Source of the DNA: an uncultured Bacteroidaceae bacterium
GTDB taxonomy: Bacteria > Bacteroidota > Bacteroidia > Bacteroidales > GCA-2748055
Assembly (NCBI GenBank): GCA_964538375.1
Contig: CAZIFQ010000001.1
Span: 35,463-99,462 of the forward strand
Length of the DNA: 64,000 bases
Reading direction: 5' to 3'
A program made the position numbers and the translations under genes. Under the pieces are notes generated by a model. That model saw only the letters and a program-made list of their open reading frames with translations, was not told the origin of the DNA and ran no database searches. This document shows, one piece after another, positions 48,349-56,915 of the stretch. Every line of letters begins with the position of its first letter. The stretch's first letter is position 1.

Positions 48349-51300
48349 CTATTCTTCTTCATCAAATTTATCTCTTCTGTCGCCTGGCTTCACTCCTTTA
48401 TCTGAAACTGTAAGAACGACATACGTTCCGGATTTTGTTTTCATGATTTTACCCTCCTCAACTGGCTCCTTTTGTCCTGATAACACATTCTTCGCAGTTC
48501 CCGAAATAAGTCCAGGTGGAATCCTTACGAGGTACATATAGTGACCATCCAGACCCTGCTCTCCCTCAACTCCGATCTGGCCAAGCGTGGAATTTATACT
48601 CATCAAGGGAATATAGATAGTTTCATCAACAAGTGTGAAACGATTTCGAATTTCTCCGAACTGCACATTATCCAAATTGGCACTCCCTGTATATTTCGCC
48701 GCAGCATGTAGTGGAGTGAAATTCATTACACTACCATTTTTCATGCTCAGGATAAAGCTGGCCGTACTACTGGCCAAATCCATACTCATATCAGGCATGA
48801 AAACCAATTCGGCCATTCCCCTGGCATCCAAAATACCTGTAAATGTCTCGTCCAGCGTAAACAAGGAATCCCCCATGGAGAAGCTTAGCTTGAAATCCGA
48901 AACATTCAATGTATCAATATCAAAAGTTGAACTGAGATAGTAAGTATCAGGATCATTTAAATTAAGCTGACCACTAAGCAATACAGCACCTCCGGTTTCA
49001 GACTTCACCTGGAACATGTCAAGATAAACCAGGTTCTCCGCCATGGACCTTACTTTCCCTTCAATATTGTATAAATTGTTTTCCTCGTATCTCAATTCTT
49101 TGATGTCGAGACTAAACTGGAACCTGGGGATGTCAAGCTTTATCGGATCCTTGTATTCTATCGCAGCAGAATCCATTTCTATCAATACAGAATCCCCTTC
49201 TACAGCTTCGTACTCCATTTTATTATTTTTTGCCAGCAACTTATAATCCATCAATTTATTTAAGTCCAGGAGATCCGATCTGATCACCAGGTTTCCTGAC
49301 ATTTCTTTTGTTGAATCCAGCAAATTAAGCACTGAAGCTTTTATCTTAAAATTACTTTCTCCAATCCTTCCCCCCAGGGTGTCCACAACAATGAAATTAT
49401 CGGCATGGCGGAGCTCAATTTCAAAGCCACGGAAGGGAAGGGGAGACTGTTTTAGATCCCAACGCAGCTTTTCTGTCTTGAAATGAAATTCTGGTAAGCC
49501 ACTGTCTTTTAACAATTCACCCACCCTTGTATCAAGCTTTGCTTGAAACATGAAGTTCTTTATCTCCTCCGATTTGAAATCCTCAGGAATAATATGAAAC
49601 TGATCATTGAATGTCAGGAGTTCTGATGCATCTAATAAACGCGCGGTTAATTTGAAGTCGACAGAAAGAGGCGCTGCCGAGTCTTTTTCCATGTAGGCAT
49701 TATAGTTTTGTATATGTGCGTCTAAATCAAGAGAGCTCCTCCCAATCTTAGCACTGAAATTCGATAGGGTAAGGTCCTTTTCTTCTATGGAAACACCTAA
49801 GCTTACATCCGACACATAGGTATATCCCGGAATCTGCACATGCATGCCTTCCAGCCGAAAATCCAGTTCGGGAATGACTTTCTCCTTCATGGCTTTTTCA
49901 AACTGCTCATAACGAGTATCAATAACAATCCCCAGACCCAGGTCGGTGATCGGGCCGCTAAGATAATTTGTCAGGGAGGTATCCGAAAGTATCTTTTCCA
50001 GGTGTAACTCCTTCGATTCAAGTGCAATTCTTATATGCGGATCTCCTTTAAAACCAAGGAAATAGGGTAATACATCCCGCATATCAACATCTATCCCAAA
50101 TAAATTTCCGTCCAGGTTAATGTCCATCTCCCGAAATCCAACACTGGATTCATCAATATAAAGTTCTCCATTTAATTGTCTGACCTCATTGTTGGGTAGC
50201 AAAAGACTCACATCGCTCAACCTGGCTGTTAATGCACTTGATTCATTAAGAAAACTATCATTCGACTTATCTAATGCGCCTTTAATTTTCCCGTTAATGG
50301 CCAATTTGCCCTTCAAGTTTTGAAAGGCATCGGTATCAATAATTTCATTTACCAGCTCCAGATCTGCAGATGCATCAATGCTCAGATCAAAAACAGGAGT
50401 CACGAGATTGGCAAATTGCAGACTCATATCAATCCCTCCCTGGGGGAAAGAGGCGTGAAGATTATCCATTTTAAGCACCGCCTCAGAAAAGTCTGCAGCA
50501 AGTCCATTGCTTGCACTTCCTGCAAAACTTATTTCTGTTATAGATTGTCCAAGAGCTTTTACATTAAATCCAAGATCTTTGGCGCTAAAATCAACATGAA
50601 TAAGCGGCAGTGTTTCACCAAAGCTACCTTTTATATCTCCGCCCAGGTGAATCTCCCCGGACCCGATTTGTTCAATTGCGTCCATATCAAGCACTCCCTT
50701 GAGCAAAAAGTTGAGTAGCTCAATACCTTCATTCTTTGCCTTAAAGCTAAGGTTCATATTATTTCCTTCCTGCATCGAAACATCACCGGCCAACTCGATC
50801 ATTGCATCCTGAATGTCAAGCATGCCGTGGTCAAGGGTAAGCATTTCCTTTACAAGGTCATAATTCAAAGCACTGCTAAACACAATGCTCCTGGGCTTAT
50901 CCAAAACAATTTCCCCGATCTCTGCCCGGTCCACATCAATTTCAAGGTCTAAGCAAGCGGTAATTAATTCGGGGAGATAGGTAAAGGCACTCTCCAGTTG
51001 ATTTATCCTTACAGACACATTTTTCCCGCCGGGCAAGTCGATATAATTTATCAGGAGATTTGACATTTCCAGGTCGTCCATGGCCAGTGATATGGAAGAA
51101 CTGTCTTCCTTCACCTCTTTCTCTTCCTCAGATTCACCAAACCTTATTCCCAAAGCTTTTTCTAGGTTTGAAATGCTGTCTTCGCCAACAATAAAATTGA
51201 TCTCGCCATCGCCAAAACGAACTTTCGAGACCTTATAATTTCCTTTTATCAGCTGAACAATATCCAAAGACACATAAATATCATCCATGCGCATCACGGG

Positions 51301-51573
51301 AATAGAATCAGTATTTTCAAGAGAATCCAATCCTTGCAAATAGCTTAGCTCTACCAATTGAAGGGATACATCAGGAAAATGAATAAGGGGCCGTAGCCTG
51401 ATATCTTCTAAAACAATTTCACCGGGCTGTTTCTCATTGGCAATATTTAGTGCTTTCTCTATTATTTTCCCTTTAAATAAAACAAAAGCAAGTACTATAA
51501 TAACAAGAAGACCTGCCAGGACAAGCAAAATCCTGAGAAACCATTTCAAAATACCTCTTAATACCTTTTTCAT
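48349..51573 (-). CDS. AsmA-family / TamB-like envelope protein
   Basis: 1074 aa with a single N-terminal TM (ILLVLAGLLVIIVLAFVLF), then a long repetitive beta-rich periplasmic region. Confidence 0.7.
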   Translation of the reverse strand: MKKVLRGILKWFLRILLVLAGLLVIIVLAFVLFKGKIIEKALNIANEKQPGEIVLEDIRLRPLIHFPDVSLQLVELSYLQGLDSLENTDSIPVMRMDDIYVSLDIVQLIKGNYKVSKVRFGDGEINFIVGEDSISNLEKALGIRFGESEEEKEVKEDSSSISLAMDDLEMSNLLINYIDLPGGKNVSVRINQLESAFTYLPELITACLDLEIDVDRAEIGEIVLDKPRSIVFSSALNYDLVKEMLTLDHGMLDIQDAMIELAGDVSMQEGNNMNLSFKAKNEGIELLNFLLKGVLDMDAIEQIGSGEIHLGGDIKGSFGETLPLIHVDFSAKDLGFNVKALGQSITEISFAGSASNGLAADFSEAVLKMDNLHASFPQGGIDMSLQFANLVTPVFDLSIDASADLELVNEIIDTDAFQNLKGKLAINGKIKGALDKSNDSFLNESSALTARLSDVSLLLPNNEVRQLNGELYIDESSVGFREMDINLDGNLFGIDVDMRDVLPYFLGFKGDPHIRIALESKELHLEKILSDTSLTNYLSGPITDLGLGIVIDTRYEQFEKAMKEKVIPELDFRLEGMHVQIPGYTYVSDVSLGVSIEEKDLTLSNFSAKIGRSSLDLDAHIQNYNAYMEKDSAAPLSVDFKLTARLLDASELLTFNDQFHIIPEDFKSEEIKNFMFQAKLDTRVGELLKDSGLPEFHFKTEKLRWDLKQSPLPFRGFEIELRHADNFIVVDTLGGRIGESNFKIKASVLNLLDSTKEMSGNLVIRSDLLDLNKLMDYKLLAKNNKMEYEAVEGDSVLIEMDSAAIEYKDPIKLDIPRFQFSLDIKELRYEENNLYNIEGKVRSMAENLVYLDMFQVKSETGGAVLLSGQLNLNDPDTYYLSSTFDIDTLNVSDFKLSFSMGDSLFTLDETFTGILDARGMAELVFMPDMSMDLASSTASFILSMKNGSVMNFTPLHAAAKYTGSANLDNVQFGEIRNRFTLVDETIYIPLMSINSTLGQIGVEGEQGLDGHYMYLVRIPPGLISGTAKNVLSGQKEPVEEGKIMKTKSGTYVVLTVSDKGVKPGDRRDKFDEEE

Positions 51574-51765
51574 CTTTTACTTGATGTATTATAGCTTCAT
51601 TTTTAAATATATCCACTAAATAAACAGCTACAAACCATAATTGTTAATGCAAAAGAGAACAACTGCAGAACGCTGTGACTAATTTACCATAATTTTTCTG
51701 CTCACTGAAAATACGAGCACATATAACTAAAAAATAAATTAACTTTCTGCTTCAATACCTGCAGT

Positions 51766-52845
51766 ATGAAACACATTACTTTTTTTCTGGCGCTTATACT
51801 TATAAGCACCTGGCTAACTGCCCAGGAACGTCACATCAACAGGATCCCTGATATCCCCGGGTACAAAACCCTGGTATGTGATTTTCACATACATACCGTT
51901 TTCTCAGATGGAAGCGTCTGGCCCACTGTCCGCGTAAATGAAGCATGGTATGAAGGTATTGATGCCATCGCCATAACTGATTATCTTAAATACAGACCCC
52001 ACACAAAAGATATAACAGCCGATCATAACCGCTCATATGAGATTGCTCGCGATTATGCTAAAAATAAAGATGTGATTGTTATTGCCGGGACAGAAATTAC
52101 CAAAGAAATGCCTCCAGGACACTTCAACGCAATCTTTATTAAAGATGCAAACACAATTTATAACGATGACTTCAATGAAGCGATAAAAGAAGCCACAAGC
52201 CAGGGCGCTTTTATCACGTGGAATCACCCGGGATGGAGAGTACAGCAACCCGATACGATGCTATGGTGGGATGAGCATACATTTCTTTTTGAAAAGGGAT
52301 GGATGCATGGAATTGAAGTGGCCAATGGACATGAATATTACCCTGAAGCCATCAGCTGGGCCCGTGACAAAAACCTGACCTTTTTGGCCAACAGTGATGT
52401 TCATTCACCTATACAAGTAGCATATGACCTTGAAAAATCGCGCAGAACCTGCACCCTTGTTTTTGCAACAGAACGAAGTGAGGGAGGCATAAGGGATGCG
52501 CTGTTTAATGGCAGAACCATTGCTTATTTTGATAATATGCTGATGGGAAAAGAAAACCTTCTTCGTGCTTTTTTGCTCCAGTCCCTATATATTGACCATC
52601 ATGAAGAATCAGGATTTTACACCTTAACCAATCCAACTGAATTCAATATAGAGGTACAATTAACGAATAAACTCTATAGAGATTGGAGCAAAACAATAAA
52701 TGTTAAACCAGGGAAAGAACATGTTTTTTCCCTTCCGGCAGAAACAAGCTTTGAAGAAATTTCTGTTACGGTAAAGAATTTCTTTACTGGTGCAGATCAA
52801 TGTCTAAGTGTCCCTTTATCAACAATTCAACCTGTTGATCAATAA
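51766..52845 (+). CDS. secreted PHP-domain metal-dependent phosphoesterase
   Basis: 359 aa with a signal peptide. CDFHIHTVFSDGSVWP and later histidine clusters (WNHPG, SDVHSP) are typical of the PHP fold. Confidence 0.7.
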   Translation: MKHITFFLALILISTWLTAQERHINRIPDIPGYKTLVCDFHIHTVFSDGSVWPTVRVNEAWYEGIDAIAITDYLKYRPHTKDITADHNRSYEIARDYAKNKDVIVIAGTEITKEMPPGHFNAIFIKDANTIYNDDFNEAIKEATSQGAFITWNHPGWRVQQPDTMLWWDEHTFLFEKGWMHGIEVANGHEYYPEAISWARDKNLTFLANSDVHSPIQVAYDLEKSRRTCTLVFATERSEGGIRDALFNGRTIAYFDNMLMGKENLLRAFLLQSLYIDHHEESGFYTLTNPTEFNIEVQLTNKLYRDWSKTINVKPGKEHVFSLPAETSFEEISVTVKNFFTGADQCLSVPLSTIQPVDQ

Positions 52846-52948
52846 TTTTTTCGTTCCGCAGGAAAATTCGTAATTTTATAAACTTAATGCAACCATCCTC
52901 AGTGCAGAAGAGTATCCCTTTAGAGGAGAAACTATAAAAACCTGTAAA

Positions 52949-53182
52949 ATGAAAAAAAAGATATTACATATTACTGCAGGGCTGTTTTTTGCTGCAGTCG
53001 TCATATTACCATCATGCGAATTACTTGAGCAATGCGGTGACTGCGAACTTGTTCAGGTAGATCTTGATGGCAACATTACCTATGGAACCCCGCAATTTGT
53101 TTGTGGCGACATATATCTGGATTATAAAAACTCTGGCATTACCATCACGGCAACCGGATCTGAATACTGGAACTGTGAATAA
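52949..53182 (+). CDS. small Cys-rich lipoprotein, paralogue 1
   Basis: 77 aa. MKKKILHITAGLFFAAVVILPSC..., four further Cys, ends YWNCE. Confidence 0.6.
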   Translation: MKKKILHITAGLFFAAVVILPSCELLEQCGDCELVQVDLDGNITYGTPQFVCGDIYLDYKNSGITITATGSEYWNCE

Positions 53183-53236
53183 ACAATGATTTTACACTCA
53201 GAAAACATATAACCCTAACTCCAAACCTAACTAAAT

Positions 53237-53473
53237 ATGAAAAAGAAAATTTTTCGAATTGCCACCGGTCTGTTCCTCTTTGCAGCCATGATCATCCCTT
53301 CATCCTGTGAATTTCTGGGAGATGATTGTGCCTGGTGTACACGTATAACGGATAATAACGGAGAAATCTCAGAAGGTGTCCCTTTATATTTATGTGATGA
53401 ACAACTTTATGAAAAGCAGGATTCTGAACCCGTAACCATTTTTGGCGTTACCTCCTACTGGAGTTGCGAATAG
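53237..53473 (+). CDS. small Cys-rich lipoprotein, paralogue 2
   Basis: 78 aa. MKKKIFRIATGLFLFAAMIIPSSC..., the same Cys spacing pattern, ends YWSCE. Confidence 0.6.
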   Translation: MKKKIFRIATGLFLFAAMIIPSSCEFLGDDCAWCTRITDNNGEISEGVPLYLCDEQLYEKQDSEPVTIFGVTSYWSCE

Positions 53474-53494
53474 TGAGATATAACAAAGAAAACC

Positions 53495-53525
53495 AAAGGG
53501 CTGTCGAAAATCGACAGCCCTTTTT
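53495..53525. terminator. bidirectional rho-independent terminator
   Basis: Stem GGGCTGTCGA/TCGACAGCCC with an AAA loop, flanked by A3 and T5. Confidence 0.75.
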
Positions 53526-53550
53526 GCTATAAAACACTTTGTGAAATTCT

Positions 53551-55437
53551 CTAGTACCTGATGCCAATTACAACTACGTCGTCTATCTGTTCAACATCTT
53601 TCTTATAATCTTCAAAAACTTCATTCAATTTGTCTCCCTGTTCAATCATTGGAAGATCCTGAATCTCCAGTAATACTTTCTTGAAATTTTTCGACAAAAA
53701 TTTCTTTTGTGCCGGTCCGCCAAACTGATCGACGTAACCGTCTGAGAAAGTATAGAAAGTGTCTCCTTTTTTCAGGTCAATGGTCGTCATCTGGTAATCG
53801 TTCATGATATCATAAATCGCCACTGGCATTTTATCTGCCTTATACTGAGTGAGCTCCCCTTCACGTATAAAATATAAAGGATTATTTGCCCCGGCAAAAT
53901 AAAGCTTGTTCTTCTTGTAGTCGATCACTGAAACCGTCATGTCCATTCCATCTTTAATCTCACTTTCTTCCCTGCGCTGGTTGAGGGAGTCAATTATCAG
54001 TTCCCTGAGACTGTTCAATATCTCATGTGGAGATACAATTTTCCTGTTGTTAATGATCTCATTCAGGAGACTTATTCCCAGCATACTCATAAATGCCCCC
54101 GGAACACCATGTCCGGTGCAATCTGCCGTTATAATTATCTGTAAATCACCTTTTTTATCCACCCAGTAAAAATCGCCACTCACAATATCCCTGGGTTTGT
54201 AGAGCACAAAATGCTCTATTTCATCGGAGAATAGTTCAAGGGAAGGAAGAATGGCCTTTTGAATTTTCTGCGCATAGTGGATACTGTCGGTAATATGTTT
54301 CTTCTGATAAGCGATCTGGTCGCGTTGTGTTTCTGCTTCTTCCTTTTGCTTTTCAATCAGTATATTCTTCTGCTCCAGCACCTGGTTTGCCTTTTTCTTG
54401 TTGCGATAGTTAACAAAAATGAAATATGCCAGTCCCAGCATCAAAAGCAAGGCAATAATTGCTGCAATGATTACCAGCTTTTGTTTTTGAATCGCTTCCA
54501 GCTGAATGGCGATCTTTTCCTCGTTTGCCTTGATTTCCGTATCGCGTTCCTGGATCACTACTTCCCGCTCTGAAATCTGACTCTGTTGCTTTGACAGAAC
54601 CTCCTTCTGTTCAGTCATCTCTGTTGTTTGCTCCATGATCCTTGTCTTCTGGACTGAGATTTCTTTTTCTTTTGCCCTGATCTCACCCGTCTTGGCTTGA
54701 ATCTCCTTCTCCTTTGTAAACAGCGTTTTTATTTTTTCCTCCAGCTCTTTCTCCTTCACCATGATCTGATCACCAAGCTCTTTCAACCTGGCTAACTGAA
54801 GCTGAATCATAGAGTCCTGCTCTGCAATTACAATACGCTGTTGACGTGTAACTTCTTTCTCCTCTGTTAATTCTTCATCCGTAACTTCAAAAAGTTGCTC
54901 CCAATCGTCCCGGGTTTTAATCGCATTGCCTAAAAAGAGTTCGTCAACTTCCAGTCCATGTTCATTCATGAGCTCTTCATTGGCTTCAAACCGTGGTTGT
55001 CCGTCCACAACCATGAAATTTATCATTGACTCTCTAAACAAATAGCCCTCTGAAATCAGAAGCGTGTTCTGGCCTTCAATTGTTTTAAGGATTTGTTTAA
55101 TATTATAGTCATCCTTTTTATTTATATACACTATCTGTGTATTTGTTATCATCTCTTCCTTGGGCAAGAGGTATACACGAATAGGTTTCCCCTGCACAAA
55201 TTTTCGCTCCATGGCAAGGCCATCCACATTCCAGTAGAAATCATCATCATCATCCATAATCGTGATGGAGAATTCTTCTTTATCCGCGAATGACTCATCA
55301 TATTTAACATACCTGGCAATATCCAATATCATTGTGGCCCTGGCAATATCATCCATCTCTTCTGTATCCTGGGCAGAGAGCTTTACAGGTATGACAAAAA
55401 GAAACAGGGCCGGCAAAAGGAAAAAGAATCGTTTCAT
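53551..55437 (-). CDS. SpoIIE/PP2C protein phosphatase with periplasmic YfiR-like (DUF4154) domain and long coiled coil
   Basis: 628 aa. After the signal peptide comes a DUF4154-like block (ILDIARYVKY...FSITIM...GKPIRVYLL...IVYINK...TLLISE...MINFMVVDGQPRFEANEELMNEHGLEV). This is followed by ~150 aa of E/K/Q-rich coiled coil, a TM helix, then the PP2C motifs SGDFYWV...ADCTGHGVPGAFMS...SDGYVDQ. Confidence 0.8.
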   Translation of the reverse strand: MKRFFFLLPALFLFVIPVKLSAQDTEEMDDIARATMILDIARYVKYDESFADKEEFSITIMDDDDDFYWNVDGLAMERKFVQGKPIRVYLLPKEEMITNTQIVYINKKDDYNIKQILKTIEGQNTLLISEGYLFRESMINFMVVDGQPRFEANEELMNEHGLEVDELFLGNAIKTRDDWEQLFEVTDEELTEEKEVTRQQRIVIAEQDSMIQLQLARLKELGDQIMVKEKELEEKIKTLFTKEKEIQAKTGEIRAKEKEISVQKTRIMEQTTEMTEQKEVLSKQQSQISEREVVIQERDTEIKANEEKIAIQLEAIQKQKLVIIAAIIALLLMLGLAYFIFVNYRNKKKANQVLEQKNILIEKQKEEAETQRDQIAYQKKHITDSIHYAQKIQKAILPSLELFSDEIEHFVLYKPRDIVSGDFYWVDKKGDLQIIITADCTGHGVPGAFMSMLGISLLNEIINNRKIVSPHEILNSLRELIIDSLNQRREESEIKDGMDMTVSVIDYKKNKLYFAGANNPLYFIREGELTQYKADKMPVAIYDIMNDYQMTTIDLKKGDTFYTFSDGYVDQFGGPAQKKFLSKNFKKVLLEIQDLPMIEQGDKLNEVFEDYKKDVEQIDDVVVIGIRY

Positions 55438-55557
55438 TGCTTTAATTTAATGTAATAATAAAGTATGCATAGATCGAGCGTTAATTTACGCAATATTCAA
55501 CAGTATGAAAAAGAAGTCTCCGCTTTTTTCTTACTATTGTATTACGAATCATTTACT

Positions 55558-56910
55558 ATGGCATATTCCGACCTCCTAATTTGGATGATTTGCTCCCTTG
55601 GCATTATTTTCTTCCTGGCAGGAGCCATCACTTCCTTCATCGAAAAAGAGCTTCGGGCAGGATTAATATTACTCATCATTTCCTTATCAGTCGCATTTGT
55701 ACTTGCAGCTTTACTTGTTTTTCTTCCCGATTACCACACCCTCAAATTCATTTTTATTGTTGTTGTGTTACTGTTTTTGATAGTGGTGTTCTTGCCCATT
55801 TCTGCAACAGGTAAATACCGTTTCGAAAGTCCTGTTGCCAGGTTTCATGAAGAAGATGCTGTATTGTCGCGCAGAAAGCTACTGCCGGGGACCGCGGAAT
55901 ATAAAAGCTACTATGATAAATACCCGGATCGTAGAAATCCTGATGATGAAGCGCGACATAAACCTGGCCTTTTGTCTCCGGATGCAAAATATTTCAATGC
56001 TGGTACCTTTGCTGCTGCTAAATCCAATTTCATACTCACAGATCATCTTCATGCCCTGGCAGAATTGCCTCCAGATGCTGAGAAATCTGAGCTTGATGGA
56101 AATAAAACAAAAGCATTTATAAAACGCTGGATGTTAGAAACAGGCGCCCATAGCATTGGATTTACTGCACTGAAAGACCATCACTTATATTCTTATAAAG
56201 GAAGGGGACCGGAAAAGGGAAGAAAGATTTTGAATGATTTGCCACACGCTATTGCTATTACCGTGGAAATGGATCATGACATGATGAAACCTGCTCCGGA
56301 GGGAACAACGGTAATGGAATCAGCCGAACAATACCTGCAATCTGGAATCCTGGCAAGCAAACTCACCGGCTTCATCAAAAGCATGGGATACAATGCTAAA
56401 GCACACATTGATGGTCAGTACGAAGTCATTTGTCCACTTGTTGCCGCAGATGCGGGATTAGGCATGATTGGGAGAATGGGCTTACTCTTGACACCTGTGC
56501 TCGGACCTCGTGTAAGAATAGTTGTTGTTACTACGGATATACCACTGGAGTATGCTGATAATTTGAAACATGATCTATCTATGCTTGACTTTTGCTCACG
56601 GTGTAAAAAGTGCGCGAAGGTGTGCCCGGCAAATGCTATTCCCATGGATTCGCTTAAAGAAATTAATGGCAGTCGTCGATGGCGAATAAATTCCGAGGCC
56701 TGTTATCTTTTTTGGACTATCTCAGGAACCGATTGTGGAAGATGCGTAATTAGCTGTCCTTATGCGCATCCGGACAATTGGTTTCATCGCTTTATCAGGT
56801 GGGGAATCAAGAAAAATTTGGTTTTCCGGGTGATGGCTGTTAAATTGGACGATATTTTCTATGGTGAAAGACCAAAAATAAAGCCCCTTCCCCACTGGGC
56901 AAAACTATAA
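55558..56910 (+). CDS. membrane-anchored RdhA/QueG-like 4Fe-4S dicluster protein
   Basis: It has three N-terminal TM helices and two Cys clusters, CSRCKKCAKVCP and CGRCVISCP. The ATG at 55558 (MAYSDLLIWM) is preferred over the track start at 55465. Confidence 0.6.
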   Translation: MAYSDLLIWMICSLGIIFFLAGAITSFIEKELRAGLILLIISLSVAFVLAALLVFLPDYHTLKFIFIVVVLLFLIVVFLPISATGKYRFESPVARFHEEDAVLSRRKLLPGTAEYKSYYDKYPDRRNPDDEARHKPGLLSPDAKYFNAGTFAAAKSNFILTDHLHALAELPPDAEKSELDGNKTKAFIKRWMLETGAHSIGFTALKDHHLYSYKGRGPEKGRKILNDLPHAIAITVEMDHDMMKPAPEGTTVMESAEQYLQSGILASKLTGFIKSMGYNAKAHIDGQYEVICPLVAADAGLGMIGRMGLLLTPVLGPRVRIVVVTTDIPLEYADNLKHDLSMLDFCSRCKKCAKVCPANAIPMDSLKEINGSRRWRINSEACYLFWTISGTDCGRCVISCPYAHPDNWFHRFIRWGIKKNLVFRVMAVKLDDIFYGERPKIKPLPHWAKL

Positions 56911-56915
56911 AATAA

